Program-made: the position numbers and the translations under genes | Shown: piece by piece, positions 1 to 9,090 of the stretch | Position numbering within the stretch: position 1 is the stretch's first letter | Layout of the letters: each line of letters opens with the position of its first letter | The notes under the pieces: model-generated | Seen by the model: the letters and a program-made list of their open reading frames with translations, nothing else | Database searches by the model: none | What the model was told of the DNA's origin: nothing | NCBI GenBank assembly: GCA_027297205.1 | Contig: JAPUIH010000281.1 | Span: 1-35,402, forward strand | DNA from: SAR324 cluster bacterium | Lineage (GTDB): Bacteria; SAR324; JACQKK01 | Reading direction: 5' to 3' | DNA: 35,402 nucleotides

Positions 1-1
1 C

Positions 2-139
2 GTGGGAGACGTGATGATGTGGGACAACAGCCGGCTCCAGCACCGGCGCGATCCCTACGACGCCGCCCTGCCCCGGTTCGCCAAGCGCACCACGATTTTT
101 CTACCCCCAAGCGAGTTTCCCGTGCCCTATCAGTCCTGA
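2..139 (+). CDS. C-terminal fragment of a TauD/TfdA family alpha-ketoglutarate-dependent dioxygenase (5' truncated by window edge)
   Basis: Frame 2 reads VGDVMMWDNSRLQHRRDPYDAALPRFAKRTTIFLPPSEFPVPYQS* (TGA 137-139), matching the TauD C-terminal GD-x3-WDN-x4-H-x-R...R-T-T motif. Not in the ORF track. Confidence 0.8.
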   Translation: MGDVMMWDNSRLQHRRDPYDAALPRFAKRTTIFLPPSEFPVPYQS

Positions 140-245
140 TCAATGAGGGAGGTTCCAGTAAGGCGGGGAGAATATGTCGAATCGATGGGAGGCATTGGGC
201 CCCATTTATGGATTTTGTGAATTGATGAGTGGGAGGCGGGAGCAG

Positions 246-2684
246 ATGGGCCAGGGGCTGCAAGGAGTGAAAGTGCTGGAACTGGCCGCCGGGGTGGCGG
301 CCGCTCTGGCCGGAAAACTGATGGCGGACCTGGGCGCGGAAGTCGTGAAGATCGAACCGCCGGGGGGAGATCCCGCCCGTCAGCGTGGGCCCTTCCGTGG
401 CGGCGCGCCCGATCCCGAAGCCAGCGGCCTTTACCTTGCCCTCAACGCCAACAAACGCAGCCTGGAACTTGACCTGTGCGGTGAAGCGGGACAATCCGCC
501 CTGGAAGAACTGGCCGGCAGAACCCAGCTCCTCATTCACGACCACCCGCCCGCGCGCATGCAGGGTCTGGGGCTGGACTACGCACGCTTTGCCGCCCTCA
601 ATCCGGGCCTGGTAATGCTATCCATTACGCCCTTCGGCCTGGATGGCCCCTACAGCGCCTACCAGGCAGCGGAACTGAACCTGATACACGCCAGCGGCTG
701 GGGCTATAACTGCCCCGGCCCGGGCATGGACCCGGCCCTGCCGCCCATCAAACCCTTCGGGCAGCACGCTTGTATCCAGGCCGGGCTGCACGGCGCCACG
801 GCGGCCATGGCCACCCTGTACGGCGTGCTGCAGGGTGGCCCCGGCGAGCATATTGACCTCTCGGTGCAAGAGGCGGCCCTGACCTGCCTGGGACGGCACA
901 TGGTCAACTACACCTACGCGGGCGCGATCGACTCCCGGTTGCGGGAGCGCGCATATGCTCCCAACGGCTTCTACCCCTGCAAGGACGGCATTATTTATCT
1001 GGTCACCATTGAGGAAGACCAGTGGCAACGGTTGCTGGGCCTGATGGGCGATCCCGCATGGGCCCAGGCCGAGCGCTTCCAAACAAAGTTCAAGCGGGCA
1101 CAGGTGGAAGAGGAGCTCAACCCGCACCTTGAGGCTTTCTTCGCCCAATGGTGTGTGGACGACCTGTACCGGGCCTGCCAGGAGCGGCGGGTCTGCGTGG
1201 CGCCCGTGTATGGCTACGATCAGCTGCTGGCCGACCCACACCTGCAGGCGCGGGGCTTCCTACAGGCCCAGACCCATCCTGTGGCCGGCGCCCTGCCCAT
1301 GCCCGGCGCACCTTATCTGCTCAAGGTTCCCTGGTGGTCTCTGCGCAGTCCGGCGCCGAGGCTGGGCGAGGCCAACAACTGTATTGACGAGCTGCTGCAA
1401 GGAAACGGCGGAACGGCCGCCACCGGCGGTGCCCCGTGCATCGATCCATCAGCGAGGGCGGGAGCGCAGGCCCCGCTGCCGTTACAGGGGGTGCGGGTGC
1501 TCGATTTCACCTGGGTGTGGGCCGGGCCCCACGGGGCGATGATGCTGGCCAATCTCGGCGCGGAAGTATTGAAGGTGGAATCTCCCGATCGGCCGGACCT
1601 GCTGCGCCGTTCGGCCATCATTCCCACGGGCATGCAGCCTGGCATCAACCGTGCCGGAACCTTCAATCAAATGGGCCAGGGCAAGAAATCCGTGGGTGTC
1701 GATCTTTCCCATCCCGGGGGACTGGCACTGGTGAAGCGCCTGGCCGCGGAATGCGACGTAGTGATCAGCAATTTCTCCACCGGAGTGATGGATCGCTTCG
1801 GGCTGGGCGCCACGGACCTGCACCGCATCAATCCGGAACTGATCGTCGCAGCCATCTCCGGCTTTGGACAGACCGGTCCCTGCAAGGACTTTATCGGATA
1901 TGGTCAGGCCATTGTGCCCCTGTCGGGCATTTCGGCCCAAACCGGCTATGAGGGCCAGGGCCCCAGCGAGGTGGCCACCGCCTACGGCGATCCCAATGCG
2001 GGCATTACCATGGCCTATGGCGTCGTGGCGGCGCTTGCCGCGCGGGCCATGCACGGCGGGGGTCAGTACCTGGACATTTCCCTGTGGGAAGCCATGGCCG
2101 CCTCGGGTTTCGAAGGCTGGATGAACCATGCCCTGGGCAACCCGCCCCACTTGCCGATGGGAAACCGGGACCCTGTCTGGGCCCCCCATAACTGCTACCG
2201 CTGCGCGGGAGAGGACAACTGGATATCCATTGCCGTCACGGAGGAAGCCCACTGGCAGGCCCTGTGCCGGGAAATGGACAACGATATTCTGCCGGAAAAC
2301 GATCGCTTCCGTACCGCGCAGGCGCGCAAGGCCAACGAGGGGGTATTGGACGAGATCATATCCGCCTGGTGCGCCCCGCGGGAACGCTGGGAACTGACCC
2401 GGCGGCTGCAGGACGCGGGTGTGCCCGCCTTTCCTTCCCTGAGCACCAAGGACCTGGCGGAAGACCCACACTTGCATGCACGGTCTTACTTTGGACATGC
2501 CCCACACCCGGAGGTAGGAGAATTGCTGCACACGGGGCTGCCCTGGCGCATGCGCAACCGGCCCTCGGGCGTGATTGGCCCGGCGCCCCTGCTGGGCGAG
2601 CACACGGACGCGGTCTTGAACGACGTGTTGGGGTTGGAAGGAGAAGAGATCGCCCGGTTGCGTGCCGAGGGCGTGCTGGGCTAA
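246..2684 (+). CDS. Family III (CaiB/BaiF) CoA-transferase with two fused domains
   Basis: Two repeats: LQGVKVLEL...LGAEVVKIEPPGGD...NKRS and LQGVRVLDFTWVWAGP...LGAEVLKVE...GKKS, each ending in an AP-x-LGE motif. ATG 246 preferred over 174 because GGAG-rich sequence lies upstream and the domain begins there. Confidence 0.92.
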   Translation: MGQGLQGVKVLELAAGVAAALAGKLMADLGAEVVKIEPPGGDPARQRGPFRGGAPDPEASGLYLALNANKRSLELDLCGEAGQSALEELAGRTQLLIHDHPPARMQGLGLDYARFAALNPGLVMLSITPFGLDGPYSAYQAAELNLIHASGWGYNCPGPGMDPALPPIKPFGQHACIQAGLHGATAAMATLYGVLQGGPGEHIDLSVQEAALTCLGRHMVNYTYAGAIDSRLRERAYAPNGFYPCKDGIIYLVTIEEDQWQRLLGLMGDPAWAQAERFQTKFKRAQVEEELNPHLEAFFAQWCVDDLYRACQERRVCVAPVYGYDQLLADPHLQARGFLQAQTHPVAGALPMPGAPYLLKVPWWSLRSPAPRLGEANNCIDELLQGNGGTAATGGAPCIDPSARAGAQAPLPLQGVRVLDFTWVWAGPHGAMMLANLGAEVLKVESPDRPDLLRRSAIIPTGMQPGINRAGTFNQMGQGKKSVGVDLSHPGGLALVKRLAAECDVVISNFSTGVMDRFGLGATDLHRINPELIVAAISGFGQTGPCKDFIGYGQAIVPLSGISAQTGYEGQGPSEVATAYGDPNAGITMAYGVVAALAARAMHGGGQYLDISLWEAMAASGFEGWMNHALGNPPHLPMGNRDPVWAPHNCYRCAGEDNWISIAVTEEAHWQALCREMDNDILPENDRFRTAQARKANEGVLDEIISAWCAPRERWELTRRLQDAGVPAFPSLSTKDLAEDPHLHARSYFGHAPHPEVGELLHTGLPWRMRNRPSGVIGPAPLLGEHTDAVLNDVLGLEGEEIARLRAEGVLG

Positions 2685-2765
2685 GCGGCACCGGTGACCC
2701 GGCGCGCGATTGCACGCGCCGGACAGATATACGGTTCAGCCACCCCCGAGTACCAAATGAATGGC

Positions 2766-4133
2766 TTAGTCGTCCCCCAGGGCGAGGCTGGGCTGCTCAT
2801 CGGCGGAGGGGTCCCGGAACAAACCGTCCACGAAAGCTTGGAAGCGGCCGTAGTCAAAGTTCCTGCCCGTGTTGCGGGAATAGTAGTCCAGGCAATCGCG
2901 CACCTTGGCTTCCATTTGTTCCGGTGTTGGCGCATCATCCGGCGCCCCCGGGGCGGCCACCCGTTCTATTTGCACGACCGCTTCGCCGTCGCGATTGTAC
3001 ACGGTCAGCTTCACCGGCGCCTTGTCCCTGGTTACCTTGTCCTGACCTTTCGGGCGCTCTGTGAGGGAGATCCGGTCGGACAAGGCCCGCACATCGGCAC
3101 GGCTTACATTATCGTCCTCGAAATGGGCCAGCCCCACCTCGCCGTCAATGAGGGCGCAGGCGGCCACGTAGGCGCCGCAAAACTTGGCCTCGCTGCCCAC
3201 CCGCGGAGGTTCCTTGATCCGCAGGGCCATAAAGGCCCCATAGGGCCCCTCCACTTCCACCTTGCCCACGTCCTCCACGGTGAGGCCCTTTTCCTCCAGG
3301 GCCTTCCGGGCCTCGAAGGCCAGGGCGATGTTGCGGTGGTTGTTGTAGCAGCACGGATAGAGTTTGACGGCAATTCCGCCGCCATAGAGATCGAATTCCA
3401 CTTTGTCCGGATCGGTGCTCAGCTTGTCCCCGCTGTAGAGGTCGAAATAGCCACGCTCGCCGAAGATGTCGTCATCTCCGGTCAGGCCCGCGCGGGCCAA
3501 GCGTGCCGCGCGCAACCCCGCCGCCCCCGCCAGTCCCGCATGGAGAGGTTTGGCCATGGTGCCGAAATTGCGCTGCAACCCGCCGCATTGGGCGGCGGCC
3601 AGCGCCAGCGCATGGGACGCGCCCTTGGCGTCCAGGCCGTAGAGAAAGCTCAGGGCCGCGGCACAGGCCAGGGGCCCGATGGTGCTGGTGGCGTGCCAGC
3701 CCTTCTCATAATGAGCGAACCCCATCACCCGCCCCAATTCCACGTTACAGGCCAGGCCGATGCCAAAGGCGGTGATGGTGCGAGGGGCCAACCGTGGCTC
3801 CTCCTTTACCGCCGTCACCAAGCCCGCCACGATGGGCGCGCTGGGGTGGGTGTTGCTCACCTGATGCACATCGTCGAAGTCCAGCGCATGGGCGGCCGTG
3901 CCATAAATCATGGCCGCAGCCTCCGAGTCCACTCCCGAAGGGTCATCAGGGGTCATCTCTTCGCCCCCGCGATAGTTGGAGGCCACCTTGCGCGTGACGG
4001 GCTCCGCCCAGCCGGCACAGGCCACGGCCAGGGTATCCTCGAAGGCCCTGCGCACATAGGAGAGGGTTTCCGGGTCAAAGGGCTCGCTGGTTGTGATGAG
4101 GTTGCACAGTCGCTGTAAAAATTGACCGGCCAT
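2766..4133 (-). CDS. MmgE/PrpD family protein (2-methylcitrate dehydratase-like)
   Basis: Motifs GTAAHALDFDDVH, HPSAP, YEKGWHATST, GTMAKPLHAG, KLYPCC, EAKF; GGAGG RBS upstream. Confidence 0.9.
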   Translation of the reverse strand: MAGQFLQRLCNLITTSEPFDPETLSYVRRAFEDTLAVACAGWAEPVTRKVASNYRGGEEMTPDDPSGVDSEAAAMIYGTAAHALDFDDVHQVSNTHPSAPIVAGLVTAVKEEPRLAPRTITAFGIGLACNVELGRVMGFAHYEKGWHATSTIGPLACAAALSFLYGLDAKGASHALALAAAQCGGLQRNFGTMAKPLHAGLAGAAGLRAARLARAGLTGDDDIFGERGYFDLYSGDKLSTDPDKVEFDLYGGGIAVKLYPCCYNNHRNIALAFEARKALEEKGLTVEDVGKVEVEGPYGAFMALRIKEPPRVGSEAKFCGAYVAACALIDGEVGLAHFEDDNVSRADVRALSDRISLTERPKGQDKVTRDKAPVKLTVYNRDGEAVVQIERVAAPGAPDDAPTPEQMEAKVRDCLDYYSRNTGRNFDYGRFQAFVDGLFRDPSADEQPSLALGDD

Positions 4134-4333
4134 GGCGGTATTCCTCCGATAAGTCGGGGCGCGTTTTCGATGCTACTATTCAATCCGGCGCTAGTGGCGG
4201 GATGCACACGCGCAAGGTCAAGCCTCACGGCGGGCCCCCGCGGCCATGCCTGCTGGCCGTGCCGCCGATGCCGCCGGGAAAGTCTTATCTTGCCGCGAAC
4301 GCGGTAAATTTACAAGATGCTGGCCGGTGCTGC

Positions 4334-5686
4334 CTAGCGGGTAAAGTCCGAAAACAGTTGCTGCAGGATCGCCTGGGACTGCATCAGGGACGCCGGCTCT
4401 TCGATGGGCTGGCGCAAGTAATCCACAATGGCGTCGATTTTGGAGAGGGAATAGTCGATGCGGGGGTTGCTGCCGCGAATATAGGCGCCAATATTTATAA
4501 GGTCCTCGGCTTCCTGGTAGGTGGCCAGTGTGCTCACCAGTGCCTGGGCGTCCCGTTTGTGCTGTTCGGACACCACATCGGTCATAACCCGGCTGGTCGA
4601 CGCGAGTACGTCGACGGCGGGAAACTGACCCTTGGAGGCAAACGCCCGGCTCAAAAAAACATGACCGTCCACCACGGAGCGTACCGCATCGGCGATGGGA
4701 TCGTTGGGATCGTCTCCTTCCACCAGCACCGAATAGAAGCCGGTGATTGAGCCTGACGATTCTGACATTCCGGCCCGCTCCAACAGCCTGGGCAGGAGGC
4801 TGAACACGGAAGGGGGATAGCCTTTGGTGGTGGGCGGCTCTCCGGCGGCCAGGCCAATCTCCCGCTGGGCCATGGCGAAGCGGGTGATGGAATCCATCAT
4901 GAACAGCACGTCCTTGCCCTGCTGCCGGAAATACTCGGCGATAGTCGTGGCAAGAAATGCGGCGCGGATACGGATCAATGGTGGCTGATCGGAGGTGGCC
5001 ACCACCATCACTGAGCGCTGCAAACCTTTCTCACCCAGCTCCCGCTGGATGAATTCCACCACTTCCCTGCCCCGCTCTCCGATCATGGCGATCACATTTA
5101 CATCCGCGGTGGTGTGGCGCGCCATCATGCCGATCAGCACGGACTTGCCCACGCCCGAGCCGGACATGATCCCCACCCGCTGCCCTTTCCCGCAAGTGAG
5201 AAGTCCGTTGATGGAGCGCACGCCTACATCGATGGGTTCGGTGATACGGCGGCGATGCAGCGGATTGATGGCATCGGTGTACAAGGGCATTTCGTAGGGG
5301 CAGGAGACCTCCCCCCGGCTGTCGATGGCTTCGCCCAGCCCATTCAGCACCCGTCCCATCAGCCCGTCTCCCACCCGCACGGTAGGCTGGCGGTCTTCAG
5401 GGATGATCCTGCAGCGCGGACTAATGTCCGACATTTGCCCCAGGGCCATCAGCAGCACTTTTTCGCCCCGAAAGGCCACCACCTCGCTCAATACCTGCTT
5501 GCCAGTGTCCGGGTTGTAGATGGTGCAAAGGCTGCCCACCGAGGTGCCGGGATTGTAGGCTTCGATGACCTGACCGACCACCTGCGTGATTTTGCCCTGG
5601 CGCCTGATGAGCCGGGTGCCTGTGATCAGTTCCTTGTACTGGGCCCGGTTGGGAATTTTTGCCTTCAGGGCAGGCTCATTACTCAT
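4334..5686 (-). CDS. fliI: Flagellar export ATPase FliI
   Basis: Walker A GSGVGKS, IGERGREV, DSITRFAMAQREIGL, GEPPTTKGYPPS, LINIGAY. Start placed at ATG 5686 (MSNEPA), which overlaps the fliH stop by 8 nt. Confidence 0.95.
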   Translation of the reverse strand: MSNEPALKAKIPNRAQYKELITGTRLIRRQGKITQVVGQVIEAYNPGTSVGSLCTIYNPDTGKQVLSEVVAFRGEKVLLMALGQMSDISPRCRIIPEDRQPTVRVGDGLMGRVLNGLGEAIDSRGEVSCPYEMPLYTDAINPLHRRRITEPIDVGVRSINGLLTCGKGQRVGIMSGSGVGKSVLIGMMARHTTADVNVIAMIGERGREVVEFIQRELGEKGLQRSVMVVATSDQPPLIRIRAAFLATTIAEYFRQQGKDVLFMMDSITRFAMAQREIGLAAGEPPTTKGYPPSVFSLLPRLLERAGMSESSGSITGFYSVLVEGDDPNDPIADAVRSVVDGHVFLSRAFASKGQFPAVDVLASTSRVMTDVVSEQHKRDAQALVSTLATYQEAEDLINIGAYIRGSNPRIDYSLSKIDAIVDYLRQPIEEPASLMQSQAILQQLFSDFTR

Positions 5687-6863
5687 GGATCTCTTCGGGA
5701 GAAGGGGGAGCCTCCGTTTCCAACTCGCCCGCTTCGGGGATTTCTTGGGCCGATTCCTCGACGATGGCTGCGGCGGCTGCGGCAAGGGACTCGGGCGTGG
5801 AATCCGCAGCTGCAGCGTCCGGCATACCGGCTTCCGCGCTTTGCGGAGGATCAATCTGATCCACCGGGCTCGCGGCGGCGGGCTGAGGCAGCGGCTCCTG
5901 CTCCATGGCCGGAGATACTTCCGGAGGGAGGTTCATCACCTTCGCCTCCCGCTCCGCCAGCGCCTGATCCAGCACGCGATCCAGATGACGGAACTGACTT
6001 AAAAATGTTAAGTCAATCACTTCCCGATCGGTTTCGATCATGGCGTTACCGGGCATCAGATCGCTCCGGGCGCGAAAGATTAGGGTCTGATCCTCATCCA
6101 TGAATTTCTCCAGCGCCGGGCGCGCCGCGGTGGCAAACTCAAAATCGCCGGGGTTGAGCCAGACATGGAAGACGCCTGTACCAGAAAGCTTTTCCAGGCT
6201 TGCCGCAAGAATTTTCCATACAACCTGCTTGTTGATCTTCAGTTCTTGCAGCACAATCCGCTTGGCCATCAGCAACGCCAAGCGCACGCTGTCCTTCTCG
6301 GCGTAATAATTTACCTGCTCGCGGAAGCGTGACAGATCTTCCAGGATTTCTTCGATGTTGGCCAGATGCGGGCCAGCCTCCTCATACCGTTTGTGCAAGC
6401 CTTCAATACGGCCTTGCTCGAAGCCCTCGTTGAAACCCTGTTGCCGCACCTTGTCCACGTTCCGCTCGGCGTCTTCGATAAGCTGCTTGGCCTCCGCCTC
6501 CGCCTGTTCCTTTACCAGACGTGCTTCCTCGTAGCGCTGGTCCGCTTGTTCGTTGAGCGCTTCGATTTCTGATCTCAGTTGCCGCACGTAGAGTTCAGCT
6601 TCCTCGCGGACACTGTCCGAGTAACGCTCGGCATTGGTAAGCAGGGTATTCTCGCGCTGGAACTTGATTGAGGCGAAATCCGTTTGGCCAGAGGCTTCCT
6701 CGACTTCCGGAGCCTCCTGCTCGAAACCCGCGGGTTCCCCTTCCCCACCAGGTGGGTGCCCGGTCTCGAAATCGCCGCCGGCCGGCCGAACCTGAAGCTG
6801 GCCTTCCTCTCCCTCGGTGGAGTCCTTGTCGAAGCTCTGAATGCGATAGCTCTGGTAGTCCAA
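5679..6863 (-). CDS. fliH: Flagellar assembly protein FliH with acidic N- and C-terminal extensions
   Basis: Coiled coil followed by the glycine repeat QQGFNEGFEQGRIEG, then VWLNPGD...PGNAMIETD (FliH C-domain); directly upstream of fliI; TTG start after a GAGG RBS. Confidence 0.85.
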   Translation of the reverse strand: MDYQSYRIQSFDKDSTEGEEGQLQVRPAGGDFETGHPPGGEGEPAGFEQEAPEVEEASGQTDFASIKFQRENTLLTNAERYSDSVREEAELYVRQLRSEIEALNEQADQRYEEARLVKEQAEAEAKQLIEDAERNVDKVRQQGFNEGFEQGRIEGLHKRYEEAGPHLANIEEILEDLSRFREQVNYYAEKDSVRLALLMAKRIVLQELKINKQVVWKILAASLEKLSGTGVFHVWLNPGDFEFATAARPALEKFMDEDQTLIFRARSDLMPGNAMIETDREVIDLTFLSQFRHLDRVLDQALAEREAKVMNLPPEVSPAMEQEPLPQPAAASPVDQIDPPQSAEAGMPDAAAADSTPESLAAAAAAIVEESAQEIPEAGELETEAPPSPEEIHE

Positions 6864-6911
6864 TTGGCCCTCGTCTCGATTTATATGGGATTGCGCGCCA
6901 AGTGCCGCGGG

Positions 6912-8537
6912 TTACCGCTTGTCGCGCAGCCAGGCCCGGATCATGGAGGCGGTGGCAAGAGGATCGCTGCGGGCCATGTCCATAATCTTCTCCCTGGGTG
7001 GGATACCCACCTCGTGCTCGGTGGGAATTTCCAGTTCCTCGCCTTCGAGTTCGCCAATGGTTGCCGGCAATCCCATCAGCAGATCGAGGTCCTCAGGTTT
7101 AGCGCTTAGCCGCTGCACCATGGGCCGGATCACAAACATGATCAGGGCCAACAATCCCACACCAAGGAAGGTGAAACGGAGAATATCCAGAAAAAACTGG
7201 CGATTGCGGGCGGTCTTTTCAACCTGGGCGGTCAGGTCCTCTTCCTGGGCCTTGCGGAAACGGAGGTTAATCACTTCCAGCACGTCACCCCGCTTTTCAT
7301 TGAAGCCCACCGCGGCTTTGATGAGACGTTGAATTTCCTGCTTTTCCGCGGTCGACCATTCTTCGTACTGCCGGGTGACAATCTGTCCCGAGTCGTCGGT
7401 GATTGGCTTGTATTTGCCGTCAATGAGCACCGACACACTGAGCCGTTGCACCCGGCCCACGGCGGGTTCACTCACGATACGCTTGACGCTGATTTCAAAG
7501 TTGCGGGTTTCGTTGGTGCGGGCCAGTTGGGAAACATTGGCTATTTGACTCGCGCCGGCCTGGGTTTCGGGCAGGTTGGCTGTGACGCCGGGAATGCCCA
7601 CCGGGATAGAGCGTGTGCCTGTGGTATTCTCCGTCGAAGTCTGCTCGCTACGCACCACGCTGGTGTCCGGATCGAAAATCTCTTCCTTGGTCGTGACCTT
7701 GTCGAAAATCAGCTCGGCGGCGACCCTTGCCCGTACGCGGTCCTGGCCGACCACCGGCTCCAACTGGGTGATGATCTTGTTCTGCAGGGACTCCTCCATC
7801 CTGCGCCGGAACGCGAACTGATCGCTAAAATTGGCGCCGCCCAGCTCATCACCAACCCTGGTCAACACTTTGCCCGAGGTGTCGGCAACCACCACATCCG
7901 ATTTGGCCAGGCCCTCCACGGAATTGGCCACCAAGTGTCCGATAGTGTCCACCTGGGCGCGGGTGATCTTTTCCCCTCCGGCGGCTTCCACCACCACTGA
8001 AGCGGTGGGGACATCCTCGTCCTTCAGGAACACCGATTTTTTCGGCAGGGCCAGACTGACCTTGACGGATTTAACGTTGTCCAGCCTATTGATCAGCCGC
8101 CCCAATTCCCCTTCCAGGGCGATGCGGAATTTTACCTGCTGCTGAAATTCGGTCTCCCCGATTCCAGACTGACCTACGAACAAATCGGCGAAGCCCAGGC
8201 CTCCGCCCAGTACGACGCGCTCTTTGGCCAGCAAGATGCGCGCCTCATCGGCCATGCCGGTGGGCACGAGAATGGAGCGCCCTCCCGGCCCCACCAAAAC
8301 GGGAATCTGGCCCTGGTCCAGCTTTTCCTTGACTTGCGCGGCATCTTCGACGGAAATGCCGCTGAACAGTGGTGTCCAGCTTTCCCGGTTGGCCACGTAG
8401 ATCAACGACATCATGCCGATCAGCACCACGGCCAGCACGGAAAACAGAATCACCCGTTTGGCTATTGTCAGGTTTTCAAAAAAATTCTGAAATTGCGCGA
8501 CGATGTCACGGAAGTTGTTTGCAGTTTCCTCGGCCAT
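6912..8537 (-). CDS. fliF: Flagellar MS-ring protein FliF
   Basis: N-terminal TM, ALEGELGRLI, TASVV, LVANSVEGL, RSEQ, GIPGVTANLP, RLSVSVLIDG, AAVGFNEKRGD, second TM, C-terminal DPLATASMIRAWL. Confidence 0.96.
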   Translation of the reverse strand: MAEETANNFRDIVAQFQNFFENLTIAKRVILFSVLAVVLIGMMSLIYVANRESWTPLFSGISVEDAAQVKEKLDQGQIPVLVGPGGRSILVPTGMADEARILLAKERVVLGGGLGFADLFVGQSGIGETEFQQQVKFRIALEGELGRLINRLDNVKSVKVSLALPKKSVFLKDEDVPTASVVVEAAGGEKITRAQVDTIGHLVANSVEGLAKSDVVVADTSGKVLTRVGDELGGANFSDQFAFRRRMEESLQNKIITQLEPVVGQDRVRARVAAELIFDKVTTKEEIFDPDTSVVRSEQTSTENTTGTRSIPVGIPGVTANLPETQAGASQIANVSQLARTNETRNFEISVKRIVSEPAVGRVQRLSVSVLIDGKYKPITDDSGQIVTRQYEEWSTAEKQEIQRLIKAAVGFNEKRGDVLEVINLRFRKAQEEDLTAQVEKTARNRQFFLDILRFTFLGVGLLALIMFVIRPMVQRLSAKPEDLDLLMGLPATIGELEGEELEIPTEHEVGIPPREKIMDMARSDPLATASMIRAWLRDKR

Positions 8538-8700
8538 GGCTCCTTTGGCTCCCGCAAATGTAGGTCCGGGGCTTTCTGCCGGAAATCCGGCGGTGGAATT
8601 AAATATATCCCAACAGACGCCATTTTGTCAGCGCGGGCAGCGTGGATAAATCGCATCCGACGCGGGTGGATACCAACCCCCTGTTGGTCACAAGAGTAAA

Positions 8701-8716
8701 AGCAATTTGTGTTCCA
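8701..8716 (-). promoter_or_regulatory. Sigma-54 (-24/-12) promoter upstream of fliF
   Basis: Minus strand reads TGGAACACAAATTGCT, an exact GG-N10-GC with TTGC, about 165 nt upstream of the fliF ATG. Confidence 0.75.
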
Positions 8717-8740
8717 AGTATTGTGGGGAGAATAAGGGAA

Positions 8741-8765
8741 TTTCCGCTGAAATTTCAGCCGGAAA
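8741..8765 (-). terminator. Stem-loop just downstream of fliE, possible terminator
   Basis: TTTCC-GCTGAA...TTCAGC-C-GGAAA inverted repeat about 25 nt after the fliE stop, followed by a pyrimidine-rich stretch on the minus strand. Confidence 0.4.
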
Positions 8766-8791
8766 ACGCTTGCGCGGAGATAACGGCGGAA

Positions 8792-9088
8792 CTAAAGCTG
8801 CGTGCGCATGATTTCCTGGTAGGCAGTGGTCAATTTGGCCCGTACCTGCAACAGCAGCCGCAGGGATACGTCCGCTTTTTGCATGGCGATCATTGTGCCG
8901 TGAAGGTCTTTCTCCTTGGAAGTGGCAAATTCCTCGATCTTCTTATCCGCCGCCACCTGCAACGTGTTGACCTCGTTCAGCATCTTCGAAAACTGATTGG
9001 ACAGATCGTCGATCAGGGTTGCACCCTGGCCCTGGGCGTTCTTATCGCCGATCAGGGGCGTTAGCTGCGGATTGACTTTTATTTCCAT
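8792..9088 (-). CDS. fliE: Flagellar hook-basal body complex protein FliE
   Basis: FSKMLNEVNTLQ...DLHGTMIAMQKADVSLRLLLQVRAKLTTAYQEIMRTQL is the canonical FliE C-terminus; upstream of fliF. Confidence 0.95.
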   Translation of the reverse strand: MEIKVNPQLTPLIGDKNAQGQGATLIDDLSNQFSKMLNEVNTLQVAADKKIEEFATSKEKDLHGTMIAMQKADVSLRLLLQVRAKLTTAYQEIMRTQL

Positions 9089-9090
9089 TT

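Noticed and set aside
2694-4118. 474-aa ORF on the + strand
   Set aside because: Antisense shadow of the MmgE/PrpD gene, typical of high-GC DNA; no recognisable motifs.
5687-5854. 56-aa N-terminal extension of FliI in the ORF track
   Set aside because: It overlaps the fliH tail in another frame; ATG 5686 overlapping the fliH stop fits translational coupling and normal FliI length.
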